Positions 1 to 8,973 of a stretch of 24,000 nt of DNA are shown piece after piece; within the stretch, counting starts at the first letter, position 1; each line of letters starts with the position of its first letter. The position numbers and the translations under genes are program-made. This DNA comes from Cellulophaga phage phi13:1: sequence record KC821625.1; one strand, given 5' to 3'. The notes beneath the pieces are model-generated. The model worked only from the letters and a program-made list of their open reading frames with translations. It was not told the origin of the DNA and did not search any database.

Positions 1-65
1 AAGAAGCAGATGATGCTGAAATGTCTGAAGATGACTTGCAAGCAAAATTGGATGAATTAATTTAA
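1..65 (+). CDS. C-terminal end of an upstream CDS with acidic tail (EADDAEMSEDDLQAKLDELI*)
   Basis: Frame 3 is open from the window edge to TAA at 63-65; followed directly by a terminator hairpin. Confidence 0.6.
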   Translation, partial: EADDAEMSEDDLQAKLDELI

Positions 66-80
66 AACAAATCTCTAATA

Positions 81-109
81 AAGGAGCTATCTAAACATAG
101 CTCCTTTTA
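81..109 (+). terminator. Rho-independent terminator
   Basis: Perfect 10-bp inverted repeat AAGGAGCTAT-ctaaac-ATAGCTCCTT followed by T-rich sequence. Confidence 0.75.
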
Positions 110-121
110 AAATCTTTTATA

Positions 122-523
122 ATGAAAACAAACAGAAAAAGAGAATATTCTCTAAGAATACCAATCACCTTTTCGATTCCATCAATATTTCACAATAGTA
201 CAGATAAGTGGGTAGAAGATAGATGGATCAAAATTTATGAGAATGGTGAACTTGTTCTTACAATAACAAAAGAGAACTATAGAGAAAACTCAACATTCCA
301 AAAACTATTCTTCAATAAATCGAAGATATCTTTTGTTAGTGGATTTAGAAACACTAAAGATTCAGAATTAATCTACAAAATTGGAACTGAATTCTTGAGA
401 TTCAAAAACGAAAAAAATGGAACAACTATTCAATATCCTTTAGAAATCAAAGGATCTAATAATAGAATTACAATCCCTAATGTTTTTTCTGAATTAAGAA
501 TAATCCAAAAATACAATCTATAA
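122..523 (+). CDS. Hypothetical protein
   Basis: 133-aa ORF, overlaps next start; no motif recognised. Confidence 0.7.
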   Translation: MKTNRKREYSLRIPITFSIPSIFHNSTDKWVEDRWIKIYENGELVLTITKENYRENSTFQKLFFNKSKISFVSGFRNTKDSELIYKIGTEFLRFKNEKNGTTIQYPLEIKGSNNRITIPNVFSELRIIQKYNL

Positions 524-1548
524 TGAAAGATCCGTTAGCTATAATTTTCAATGATGCTCATTTAAAAACAGGAAACGAGCAAGATGTTATCAATAGTGTT
601 AAGCATATGGTTGATTATGCAGTTGATAAAAATATTACAATAATGATTTTTGCAGGTGATATGTTCGATTCTAGATCTCACCAAAGACAAAGCGTACTTC
701 AAGCTTTTGATGAGATTTTAAGAATCATTAATTCTGCAGGTATTTTGTTATATCTTTTTCCAGGAAATCATGACAAAACTGATTATTATAGCTACGATTC
801 TTTTCTTGATGTTTATCGACATTACCCAAATGTCATATTCAACAAAACTGTTTCAGACATAGATATCAAAGGAACAAAAATCACATTATTGCCTTTTTTT
901 GCAGATAGTTTATTGATTCCTATGATCGATGATCATAAAGGATCAGATGTTTTAATTAGTCATTTTGAAATGGCAGGTTCTACTAACTTAGGAAGAACAA
1001 GCAAGAAAACATCGATTAATAAAAAATTATTGAGCAAGTGGAAGAAGACTTATTTGGGTCACTATCACAATCATCATGAAATATCTAAAGATATTGTTCA
1101 TTTACCATCTTTGAGACAATCGAATTTTGGAGAAGATGATCAAAAAGGATTTTCAATTCTTTATGATGATTTATCTTACGAGATAGTTTTAGGTAAATTC
1201 AAAAAGTTTATAAAATTAACAATCGATGTTGATAATATAAACAAGAAAGATCTTCAAGAATTGATTGATAAAAACAAAGAAAGCGAAGATATTGTTAGAT
1301 TCGAATTTGTTGGATCAGATTCTAAATTGAAAGTTTTAGATAAAGCAGATTTTAATAATACTGGAATTGATGTTCGAGTAAAATATCAAGCTAAATATGA
1401 TGTATCAAGTACAGCAAAACCTCCTTCTTTAATTCAAAAATTTTCACAAGAACAAATACGAGAAGAATTCAAAGTTTTTTGCAAAGAAAAGAAACTAGAT
1501 TACAAAGAAGGTTTAGTGCTATTAAACAAATTTTTAAACAAACAATAA
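523..1548 (+). CDS. SbcD/Mre11/T4 gp47-like recombination nuclease (metallophosphoesterase)
   Basis: Phosphoesterase motifs NDAHLK, FAGDMFDSR, PGNHDK, ISHFEM, GHYHNH in order; encoded near an SbcC-like ATPase. Confidence 0.85.
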   Translation: MKDPLAIIFNDAHLKTGNEQDVINSVKHMVDYAVDKNITIMIFAGDMFDSRSHQRQSVLQAFDEILRIINSAGILLYLFPGNHDKTDYYSYDSFLDVYRHYPNVIFNKTVSDIDIKGTKITLLPFFADSLLIPMIDDHKGSDVLISHFEMAGSTNLGRTSKKTSINKKLLSKWKKTYLGHYHNHHEISKDIVHLPSLRQSNFGEDDQKGFSILYDDLSYEIVLGKFKKFIKLTIDVDNINKKDLQELIDKNKESEDIVRFEFVGSDSKLKVLDKADFNNTGIDVRVKYQAKYDVSSTAKPPSLIQKFSQEQIREEFKVFCKEKKLDYKEGLVLLNKFLNKQ

Positions 1549-2520
1549 ATGTCAAAAATTGGAAATGGAATAAAATCTGCGTTAGCTTCTTTAGAAAAAA
1601 GATATGGTGAACCAGTGGTTTTGAAAATGTCAGAATCTAAAACAAATAGTAATACAATTCCTTCAGGTAGACCAAAATTAAACTCAGCTTTGGGTGGTGG
1701 ATATGGAGAAGGTAAAATTATAGAAATCTATGCAGAATCAGGATGTGGAAAAACTGGTTTAGCATTAGAAGCTGCAAAAGAATGTCAAAAAGCTGGTGGA
1801 GTAGTTGCTTTTATAGATATGGAGCATGCTCTTAATGTTCACTATTGTTCTGAAATAGGAGTTAATGTTGATGATTTATATATCTCTCAACCAACTTATG
1901 GAGAGATGGCATTTGAAGCGATTAGAGCTTTAATAAACTCTAGAGAAGTTGATTTAATTATCGTAGATAGTGTTGCAGCTATGGTTCCAAAAGCTGAGTT
2001 AGAAGGTGAAAGTGGAGAAGCTAAAATTGCTTTACAAGCAAGAATGATGAGTCAAGGAATGAAATTAATAACTGGTCCCGCAAGTGAAGTAGGATGCACA
2101 ATAATTTTCATAAATCAATTAAGAAAGACAATCGCAATGTATGGTCCAACTGAAACAACTACAGGAGGAAAAGCGTTGAAATTCTATGCAACACAAAGAC
2201 TTGAAATCAAAAATAAAGGAGTTATTAAAGAAGGTGAAGATGTTATTGGATTCAAGCAACAAATCAAAATTGTCAAAAATAAAGTTGGTCCACCATTTAA
2301 AGTAGTAACAGAAGATATCATTTATGGAAAAGGTGTTGATGGTATTTCTGGATTAGTAGAAGCTTTAGTTTTTGAAGAGATTTTGGAGAAAAAGGGAGCT
2401 TATTTCGCATACGAAGGAACTAATTTAGCTCAAGGAATGAAAAAATTGAGAGTTGTTTTAGAAGATAATCCAGAATTAGTTGAAAAACTTGAAAAACAAT
2501 TAGCTAGCAAGAATAAATAA
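1549..2520 (+). CDS. recA: RecA-family recombinase
   Basis: Walker A AESGCGKTG, VVAFIDMEHALN, VDLIIVDSVAAMVPKAELEGE, ALQARMMSQGMKLI, TIIFINQLR. Confidence 0.93.
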   Translation: MSKIGNGIKSALASLEKRYGEPVVLKMSESKTNSNTIPSGRPKLNSALGGGYGEGKIIEIYAESGCGKTGLALEAAKECQKAGGVVAFIDMEHALNVHYCSEIGVNVDDLYISQPTYGEMAFEAIRALINSREVDLIIVDSVAAMVPKAELEGESGEAKIALQARMMSQGMKLITGPASEVGCTIIFINQLRKTIAMYGPTETTTGGKALKFYATQRLEIKNKGVIKEGEDVIGFKQQIKIVKNKVGPPFKVVTEDIIYGKGVDGISGLVEALVFEEILEKKGAYFAYEGTNLAQGMKKLRVVLEDNPELVEKLEKQLASKNK

Positions 2521-2523
2521 TAG

Positions 2524-2531
2524 TATCTTTA
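2524..2531 (+). promoter_or_regulatory. TATCTTTA box, candidate promoter -7 element
   Basis: Copy of recurring intergenic motif (GTATCTTTATTG), 27 nt before ATG 2559. Confidence 0.45.
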
Positions 2532-2558
2532 TTGTATAATAATAAAACAAAGAATATT

Positions 2559-3038
2559 ATGAGTCAGTATTTCAAAGGAAAATCTTACATTTTTAAAAAA
2601 GAAAGTGATGAATCTATTGTTGCTTACAATATGAAGAATCATCAGATCGAAACAAGATCTCGTTCATTAAATCTATTTGCTAAAAATATAAAAGATGGCA
2701 CCTTGCTTCGAATATCTAAACCAGAATTTTTAGATTTCAGTCAAGCAAATTATAGTTTTGAAGGACCTAAAGATTATGTTGAAGATAATCAACAAAAAGA
2801 GAGTTCTCATCATAAAGAAACATTTGTTGCAAAAAACAGATTAGTTATCTTTATGGGTGGAAATGAAATTGTTGGATATTCGCAAAGAGATAAGGAAGAT
2901 ATTTTACCTTTCTTATTTTCGAAAGAAGTTAAGCAATATGGATTCTATCTTTTAGATAAAAAAGGAACAAGTATTGGATATTTTGCTCCAAGCATTTTGA
3001 AAGATCTTTCATATGTTATAGCTGATTTAGAGTATTAA
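2559..3038 (+). CDS. Hypothetical protein
   Basis: ATG at 2559 (MSQYFKGKSYIF...) preferred to the TTG start at 2532, which would lie directly against the promoter-like box. Confidence 0.7.
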   Translation: MSQYFKGKSYIFKKESDESIVAYNMKNHQIETRSRSLNLFAKNIKDGTLLRISKPEFLDFSQANYSFEGPKDYVEDNQQKESSHHKETFVAKNRLVIFMGGNEIVGYSQRDKEDILPFLFSKEVKQYGFYLLDKKGTSIGYFAPSILKDLSYVIADLEY

Positions 3039-3060
3039 GAAAAACAAATCAAATATATTA

Positions 3061-3096
3061 AAAAATCCCAATCAAAATAAAGATTGGGATTTTTTT
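3061..3096 (+). terminator. Rho-independent terminator
   Basis: AAAAATCCCAATC-aaaataaa-GATTGGGATTTTT plus T-run. Confidence 0.9.
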
Positions 3097-3131
3097 GTTT
3101 TATAAGATAATTAGCATTATCTTTATCAAAA
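3094..3131 (+). promoter_or_regulatory. Candidate promoter TTTG-N20-TATCTTTA
   Basis: TTTG 3094-3097, TATCTTTA 3118-3125, then TCAAAA; directly after a terminator and upstream of a gene. Confidence 0.6.
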
Positions 3132-3171
3132 GTAAGTTTGGAAAAAATAAAGGTTCGATTCCTTTACTTGC
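3132..3171 (+). ncRNA. Minimal tRNA-like minihelix (acceptor stem + T-arm) in the 5' leader
   Basis: GUAAGU 3132-3137 pairs with ACUUGC 3166-3171 (one G-U); T-arm AAAGG-UUCGAUU-CCUUU 3149-3165 directly abuts the acceptor strand. No D-arm or anticodon arm. Confidence 0.5.
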
Positions 3172-3197
3172 ACAATATTAATTTTAAATTTATAACG

Positions 3198-3416
3198 ATG
3201 AAAAAAGATTCAACATTTTTAGGTAACACAAGATTAAGATCAGGACAAACACTCTATCAAATTGATGGGAAAACGCAAAAAGTTACTGTTGCTGAGATCA
3301 TAACAAATAATCTTGGGAAAAATAAAAAAGTGATAGTTGCTCCGAACTGTTCTTACGTTCCTGCAATGAATCACAAAGTAGCTTTGAAAAAATATCTAAA
3401 ATTAATCAATGCGTAA
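3198..3416 (+). CDS. Small hypothetical protein
   Basis: ATG 3198 (MKKDSTFLGNTRLRSGQTLYQ...). The ORF-track start at 3138 lies inside the structured leader. Confidence 0.65.
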   Translation: MKKDSTFLGNTRLRSGQTLYQIDGKTQKVTVAEIITNNLGKNKKVIVAPNCSYVPAMNHKVALKKYLKLINA

Positions 3417-3705
3417 GGTGTTGGTTTTTGGTGGATGCGAATCTGGAAAATCTGCTTTAATCAGATCGATGCAATCAGAAAATATAGAACCTATTTTCAT
3501 TGATCCAATATCTATGAAAAATATAACAGATATTGTAGGTGAAAAATTCATAAGAAAAGATCGACCTACATTCAAGTGTCGATTGCCAATGTCAGAGCAA
3601 AATCTGAATGAGATTCGAAAAATAAAGCAAAAGAAAAGCTTACTTTCTGCAAACGAAAGAGCTCGTCTTTTGAATAGATTTAATTTAATTTATCAAAAAA
3701 TATGA
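3409..3705 (+). CDS. Small P-loop-like protein
   Basis: 98 aa, starts MRKVLVFGGCESGKSALIRSMQ (Walker A-like GGCESGKSA); overlaps both neighbours. Confidence 0.55.
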   Translation: MRKVLVFGGCESGKSALIRSMQSENIEPIFIDPISMKNITDIVGEKFIRKDRPTFKCRLPMSEQNLNEIRKIKQKKSLLSANERARLLNRFNLIYQKI

Positions 3706-5864
3706 AACTAGATAGAATTATTGTTCATGATTTTTTAACTTATGAATTTGAAGATTATCATTTTGAAAATAGACCACTTCAAGTTCAAGGAAGAAATCTT
3801 ACTGAAGATGATCAAGAATCAAATGGATCTGGAAAATCAGGATTATTAACTGGAGTTGAATTTTGTATAGCAAGTTCAAATAGTCGAGATGTTAGAGATA
3901 ATGAATTAGTTATGTTTGGCAAAGATTTTGCTCGAGTTCAATTATATGCTTCATGTGAAATCAGAAAACAACAAATTCATATAGCTTGGAAGATAAATGT
4001 AAAAGGATCCAACACTCTTGTTTTAAAGACTAGAATGTTTGGAGAAGAAGCATGGGTTAAATCATCATTTTCAAATGTTAATGATGGAAAGAAATTTATA
4101 TCAAATTGGTTTGCAATTGAGAAAGAAGATCTTTTTAATTACTTTATTATAAATAATAAGAGATTCGAGTCATTTTTTAAATCATCGAATACAAGTAAAA
4201 CAAATCTGATAAATAGATTTAGTGATGCAAGTATTGTTGATGGATTAGATAAAGTTGATTTAGAAAAAGAGCAATCTGAATTGCAAAAAACCAAAGATAA
4301 TATTCAACGATCTCAAGGAAGAATAGAACAGTTGCTTTTATCTAAACAAAAAGAGCTCGATAGAGATTTAAAGCAAGAAGTTTTAATGAAGAAGAAATTG
4401 ATTATCGATCAATTAACTGAATTAAAAGATCAAGATGCCAAAACTCAAGATAAAATCCAATTGCTTGAAAACGAAAGAGATATTGATTTGATAAAAGAAT
4501 CAAAATCAATTGAAAAGAAGATTGCTGAAAAAACAGCACTTCGTATTTTAGCGAAAGATCACGTAAGTATTGAGATCGAAAAATTGAATCCCATTAAGGA
4601 GCAATTGAAAAAATCTCAAAAATTATTATCTGATTATATCGATACAGATTGGGATAAAGAAAGAGAATCATTCAATCAAGAAAAATTAACAAAAGCTCAA
4701 AAACTTAAACAAGCTAAGCAAATTCTTAATGATCAGATAATTGCTAAGAATGAGCTTCAAGTTTCTTTAAATGAAATTGATGTTCAGTTAAAAGGAGTTT
4801 TAGTTTGTCCTTCTTGTTCATTTGAATTCATTCCCGATAGCGATCCAGTTGAAGAGTTGAAGCTGAGAAAAACTGAATTATCTCGAGATATTGAAAAGAG
4901 ATCTGAAAACAAAGTTAAGGTTGACAAGGTAATTTCGACTATCAGAGATATGATCGAGAAGATCGAAAGTAATATTTCTGAGATCAACGATAAAGAAAGA
5001 CTTGAAAATATTGATAAGAATAAATTAAGTGCATCTGTTAATCAGATTGAATCTACATTGAATACTTACAAGAGAAATGTAACAGCAGCAGAAAATAAAG
5101 TTGATGATATCAATTTCTCTATTTCTAATCTTCAAAGAGATTATAAATACATCGAAACTAAAAAAGCTGATATCAATAGTAAGATTGAAAATCACAAAAA
5201 CACAATCGAGAATAATAAAGCAAAAAAGCAAAACTTGATTGATAGTTCGAATAACATCAAAAAAGATAATATTGAAGAGAGATTGTTAGAGCTTGATGAA
5301 GAGATTGAAGAAATAAAACAAGAGATCATTGCACTAGAAAAGCAGAAAGATGATCAGCAAAATAGCATTACCCTACAAGCTCAATGGGGTAATAACTTCA
5401 AACAATTCAGAATGCATTTAGCGAATTTGTCTCTTGATGTTATCGAGTTTCATTGCAATCGATATCTTGAACAAATGAATAGTGATCTTCAAGTTAAATT
5501 TGAAGGATATAAAGTATTGGCTGATGGCAAGATAAAAGATGAAATTACAACAAAAATAATCAGAGGTCAAAGAGAGAGAACTTATGCTTCTTTTAGTGGA
5601 GGTGAAAGAGGACGATTATTGTTTGCTTCGATTTTAGCAAATAGACATATGATCAATTCAACTCATCCGTATGGAGGATTAGATTTTCTATCAATAGATG
5701 AAGTTTTTGAAGGAATTGATTCATTAGGAGTAAATTCTTTAATAAAATCAGCTAAACAATTGAATATTTCTGTAATGATAATTACTCACGTTTTATCTGA
5801 TACTTTAGATTCAGACACTTTATTGATAGAGAAAGTAAAAGGAATTAGTAAAATAAAAAGATAA
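3702..5864 (+). CDS. SbcC/Rad50/T4 gp46-like SMC-type ATPase
   Basis: Walker A region SNGSGKSGLLTG, long coiled coil, CPSC zinc-hook-like motif, signature SFSGGERGRLLFASIL, Walker B-like LDFLSIDEVFEGID. Confidence 0.92.
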   Translation: MKLDRIIVHDFLTYEFEDYHFENRPLQVQGRNLTEDDQESNGSGKSGLLTGVEFCIASSNSRDVRDNELVMFGKDFARVQLYASCEIRKQQIHIAWKINVKGSNTLVLKTRMFGEEAWVKSSFSNVNDGKKFISNWFAIEKEDLFNYFIINNKRFESFFKSSNTSKTNLINRFSDASIVDGLDKVDLEKEQSELQKTKDNIQRSQGRIEQLLLSKQKELDRDLKQEVLMKKKLIIDQLTELKDQDAKTQDKIQLLENERDIDLIKESKSIEKKIAEKTALRILAKDHVSIEIEKLNPIKEQLKKSQKLLSDYIDTDWDKERESFNQEKLTKAQKLKQAKQILNDQIIAKNELQVSLNEIDVQLKGVLVCPSCSFEFIPDSDPVEELKLRKTELSRDIEKRSENKVKVDKVISTIRDMIEKIESNISEINDKERLENIDKNKLSASVNQIESTLNTYKRNVTAAENKVDDINFSISNLQRDYKYIETKKADINSKIENHKNTIENNKAKKQNLIDSSNNIKKDNIEERLLELDEEIEEIKQEIIALEKQKDDQQNSITLQAQWGNNFKQFRMHLANLSLDVIEFHCNRYLEQMNSDLQVKFEGYKVLADGKIKDEITTKIIRGQRERTYASFSGGERGRLLFASILANRHMINSTHPYGGLDFLSIDEVFEGIDSLGVNSLIKSAKQLNISVMIITHVLSDTLDSDTLLIEKVKGISKIKR

Positions 5865-6449
5865 ATGGAAAAAGTAGCATATGTTGGTTTGGATCCTGGA
5901 AAATCAGGATTCATCACAGTAATAAAAGATAAAGATTTTCTGTTCTACGAGATGCCTTCTCATAAAGTAGAAACAGGAAAGTTATTGAAAAGTGGAAAAC
6001 CTCAAACTAAACTAGAATTTCACGAAGAGGGTTTTAAAGATTTAGTTTTCAAAATCAATCAAGATACAAAAGGATATAAGTTGAAAGTTGGAATTGAAAA
6101 AGTGATTGGTAGATCTGGATGGTCTGCTGAAAATAATTTCAACTTTGGATACGTTGCAGGAATGCAAAAAATGATATTCATTATGTTAGGAGCTGAGTTG
6201 ATTATGGTAAGGCCTCAAAAATGGCAATCTTTTATGCGACAAGGATATGAATCTATCAAGAAAGCGAGCAGTACAGGAAAGACAATGGTTAATGATCCAA
6301 AAGCAGTTGCTGAGCTAATTGTCGATACTGAATATCCAAATATTGATTTTAGAAAGACAATCAAATCAAAAAACAAAGATGATAACAAAGTTGATTCATT
6401 CTTAATCGCATTGTATATCAAAAGAGTAGATAATCAACAAAATAAATAA
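5865..6449 (+). CDS. RuvC-fold Holliday junction resolvase-like nuclease
   Basis: VAYVGLDPGKSG, KVGIEKVIG, GYVAGMQKM, RPQKWQSFM, and C-terminal DDNKVDSFLIALYIKR. Confidence 0.8.
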   Translation: MEKVAYVGLDPGKSGFITVIKDKDFLFYEMPSHKVETGKLLKSGKPQTKLEFHEEGFKDLVFKINQDTKGYKLKVGIEKVIGRSGWSAENNFNFGYVAGMQKMIFIMLGAELIMVRPQKWQSFMRQGYESIKKASSTGKTMVNDPKAVAELIVDTEYPNIDFRKTIKSKNKDDNKVDSFLIALYIKRVDNQQNK

Positions 6450-6451
6450 TT

Positions 6452-6754
6452 ATGAAAAAATTTTTAATTTTATTTAGAAATGCTATTGTTAGATTTCTTT
6501 TACAAGATAACTTTATGACAAAGAAAGATATCGTTAACTATTTTGAGATAGTTCGATGTGGAGGTGAAGTTGTAAAGATAGATCAAGATCGATGTGCGAG
6601 AAATGAGATGTTTGAAGATAAGATAGTTATAGTTTTCTCAGGAGGAGTTATCAATACTTGTGCTTTTTTCAACTGTACAGTTTTAGCTGCTCCTTTTTCT
6701 ACAGATTTTCACATTATAGATAGCGAATTCAATAAGAAGAAAAAGAGCGAATAA
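6452..6754 (+). CDS. Hypothetical protein
   Basis: 100-aa ORF in a tightly spaced operon; start uncertain. Confidence 0.55.
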   Translation: MKKFLILFRNAIVRFLLQDNFMTKKDIVNYFEIVRCGGEVVKIDQDRCARNEMFEDKIVIVFSGGVINTCAFFNCTVLAAPFSTDFHIIDSEFNKKKKSE

Positions 6755-6755
6755 T

Positions 6756-8435
6756 ATGAGATATTTTGAAATAGATGAGTTAAATAAAACTATCAATTTC
6801 GACTTTCCAAAAGATGATGATATAATTAGACGGATTAAAGATTGTGATTTTAATGCAAGATTTAATCCGGAATTATTGATTTGGATAGTTCCTGTCAATA
6901 TTTACAGTAAAGGGAGAATCATAAATATCATTCAAGAGTATCAATTTAAACAAAGAATTGCTGAAGTTAGGCAAGATGTTGTTGTTGATTATGGTCAAAA
7001 TGAGATCGATTATGCTTATCTGCAGGGTCTATGTGACTCCAAAAATTTCACTTATAGTCCTAGAAATTATCAATTAGAAGCACTAGGTTATTGTAGAAAA
7101 GTTGGTAGTTTGATTAATGGTGATGATGTTGGTTTAGGAAAGACTTTTGAAGCAATAATTTATGCTGAGGTTACAAATAGTTTTCCGTGTATAGTTTTTG
7201 TTCCTGCGACAGTGAAAGAACAGTGGAAAAAAGAATGGATCAAGATAGCTAATAACAAAAATAGAACAGTTAGTACAATTAGATCAAAGCCTTTAAAATC
7301 TCGACCTAATGATTGGTCTGCAGATGTTGTGATTATTAATTATGATATTATTGGTAAAAAACAAGGAAAAGGAACTTCTGTAAAATTTGATGAATTACTT
7401 AGTACACAATGGAAAATGGCTATATGTGATGAAGCTCATTATTTAAAAGATAAGAAAGCTCAAAGATCGTCGGCCATGAAAATGATTACTAAGAAAATTG
7501 ATTTGATTCAATTATTGACAGGAACTGCTGTAATGTCTAAACCGTCAGAATTGTGGAATTTATTAGTGTTGATAAAAAGAGATCATTTGATCGCAAAAGA
7601 TTGGCATCAATATATTCGTAGATATTGTGGAGGTTATCGAGGAAAATTTGGTTGGGTTTCAGATGGAGCAACTAACATCATAGAGCTTAATGAAATATTG
7701 AGAAAGACTTGTTATCTGAGAAGAGAGAAGAAAGATGTTTTATCTGAGCTTCCAAGAGCTATCAAGCAGGTTATAGAGATTGATATATCTAACAAAAAAG
7801 AAATCGATAAAGCTACAGAAAACTTTATTGATTACGTTAGAGAAACTCAAGGTGATGAGAAAGCTGATAAAGCGATGGAAGCTGAACATTTGGTTGCAAT
7901 TGGAATGTTGAGAAAACTAAGTGCTCAGGGAAAATTAAAAGAAGCTGAGAAATTTTTGAGAGAGTGGAAAGATTGCTCTAAGCCAAAATTAGTATTTTTT
8001 GGAATACATCGTGAGCAACTGATTTACTTGTCAGAAAAATTCTCTTGTCCGATAATAGCAGGTGGAACGTCTTCTGAGAATAAGCAAATAATCAAAGAAG
8101 AGTGGATAGCGAGCGATGCTCCATTTCTTTTTATCAATATAGGTTCAGGTGGAACTGGACTGGATGGCCTTCAATCAGTTTGTTCGAATATGGCGATATA
8201 TGAATTACCTTGGCGACCATCTGATATAGTGCAAGTTATTGGAAGATTGGAGAGATCAGGACAAACTGTTCCTCCAAATATATATTTTCTATTAAACTTT
8301 TCAACAATCGATCATCAAATGTGGGAAATGTTGAAAGATAAAGAAGCTGTTACAGAAGCAGTTAATAAAGGAATTGACGTTAGGCGTCAAAAATCAGGAT
8401 TAAGGGCAGTAATACAGAAACTTTTAAAGAAGTAA
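6756..8435 (+). CDS. SNF2-family (SMARCAL1-like) DEAH-box helicase/ATPase
   Basis: GDDVGLGKTFEAI, FVPATVKEQW, CDEAHYLKD, LLTGTAVMSKPSELWNLL, GSGGTGLDGLQSV, WRPSDIVQVIGRLERSGQ. Confidence 0.9.
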   Translation: MRYFEIDELNKTINFDFPKDDDIIRRIKDCDFNARFNPELLIWIVPVNIYSKGRIINIIQEYQFKQRIAEVRQDVVVDYGQNEIDYAYLQGLCDSKNFTYSPRNYQLEALGYCRKVGSLINGDDVGLGKTFEAIIYAEVTNSFPCIVFVPATVKEQWKKEWIKIANNKNRTVSTIRSKPLKSRPNDWSADVVIINYDIIGKKQGKGTSVKFDELLSTQWKMAICDEAHYLKDKKAQRSSAMKMITKKIDLIQLLTGTAVMSKPSELWNLLVLIKRDHLIAKDWHQYIRRYCGGYRGKFGWVSDGATNIIELNEILRKTCYLRREKKDVLSELPRAIKQVIEIDISNKKEIDKATENFIDYVRETQGDEKADKAMEAEHLVAIGMLRKLSAQGKLKEAEKFLREWKDCSKPKLVFFGIHREQLIYLSEKFSCPIIAGGTSSENKQIIKEEWIASDAPFLFINIGSGGTGLDGLQSVCSNMAIYELPWRPSDIVQVIGRLERSGQTVPPNIYFLLNFSTIDHQMWEMLKDKEAVTEAVNKGIDVRRQKSGLRAVIQKLLKK

Positions 8436-8439
8436 AATT

Positions 8440-8817
8440 ATGAGAAAATTAATATTAATATTATCGTTTTTATTTATATCTGTTGGATTCGATGAAGTTC
8501 AAGATATACAATTTGTAACAGCAACAATTTATCATGCTGAAGAAGATCAATGTAATCAAGATCCATCAACAACAGCTTTTATGTATGAGATCGATATGAA
8601 TGATCCATACTCAGATAGAATTATTGCAGTATCTAGAGATTTATTACAAGCTTTTCCAAATGAAAGTCGAGTTAAAATTGAAGGAACTAGATATGATGGA
8701 ATATATACTGTTCGTGATAAGATGAATGGAAGATGGACAAATAAGATCGATATTTTAATTAATAGCGATATGGCTCAAGGAAAGTGGTATAAAGTAAAAA
8801 TAACAAGAATTGATTAG
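8440..8817 (+). CDS. Secreted protein, possible 3D/double-psi beta-barrel (MltA/RlpA-like) domain
   Basis: N-terminal signal sequence (MRKLILILSFLFISVG); ATIYHAEEDQC, RIIAVSRDLL, RVKIEGTRYDGIYTVRDKMNGRWTNKIDILI resembles the 3D-domain pattern. Confidence 0.5.
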   Translation: MRKLILILSFLFISVGFDEVQDIQFVTATIYHAEEDQCNQDPSTTAFMYEIDMNDPYSDRIIAVSRDLLQAFPNESRVKIEGTRYDGIYTVRDKMNGRWTNKIDILINSDMAQGKWYKVKITRID

Positions 8818-8837
8818 CTTGATATGATGTATTAGAG

Positions 8838-8845
8838 TATCTTTA
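8838..8845 (+). promoter_or_regulatory. TATCTTTA box, candidate promoter
   Basis: GTATCTTTAAAG in the intergenic region, about 100 nt upstream of a strong terminator and not followed by an ORF. Confidence 0.4.
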
Positions 8846-8851
8846 AAGTCT

Positions 8852-8948
8852 AAAATAAATATTAACATTTAAAACTAAAAGTCATGTAAACTTCAATCAC
8901 ACTCAAAAACAAAAGCCAAAGAAATAAATTTTTTCTTTGGCTTTTTCG
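8852..8948 (+). ncRNA. Candidate small RNA between promoter-like box and terminator
   Basis: Promoter-like box at 8838 and terminator at 8911-8945 bound about 95 nt without a credible ORF (the ATG at 8884 is followed directly by TAA). Confidence 0.25.
8911..8947 (+). terminator. Rho-independent terminator
   Basis: 14-bp inverted repeat AAAAGCCAAAGAAA / TTTCTTTGGCTTTT followed by T-rich tail. Confidence 0.9.
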
Positions 8949-8973
8949 TTTTATAGCAGTATCTTTATCAAAA
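8936..8973 (+). promoter_or_regulatory. Candidate promoter TTTG-N20-TATCTTTA
   Basis: TTTG 8936-8939, TATCTTTA 8960-8967 followed by TCAAAA; same geometry as 3094-3131. Confidence 0.6.

Noticed and set aside
4800-4900. SbcC-like gene as a damaged gene because of only one CxxC
   Set aside because: A single CPSC per protomer is the normal zinc-hook arrangement, since the hook forms by dimerisation.
5025-5231. ORF 5025-5231, 6215-6421, 11510-11692, 16496-16723, 23421-23624
   Set aside because: Translations look antisense or shadow-frame (Leu/Ile/Phe rich) within SbcC-like, RuvC-like, nrdA, lipoprotein and RNAP genes.
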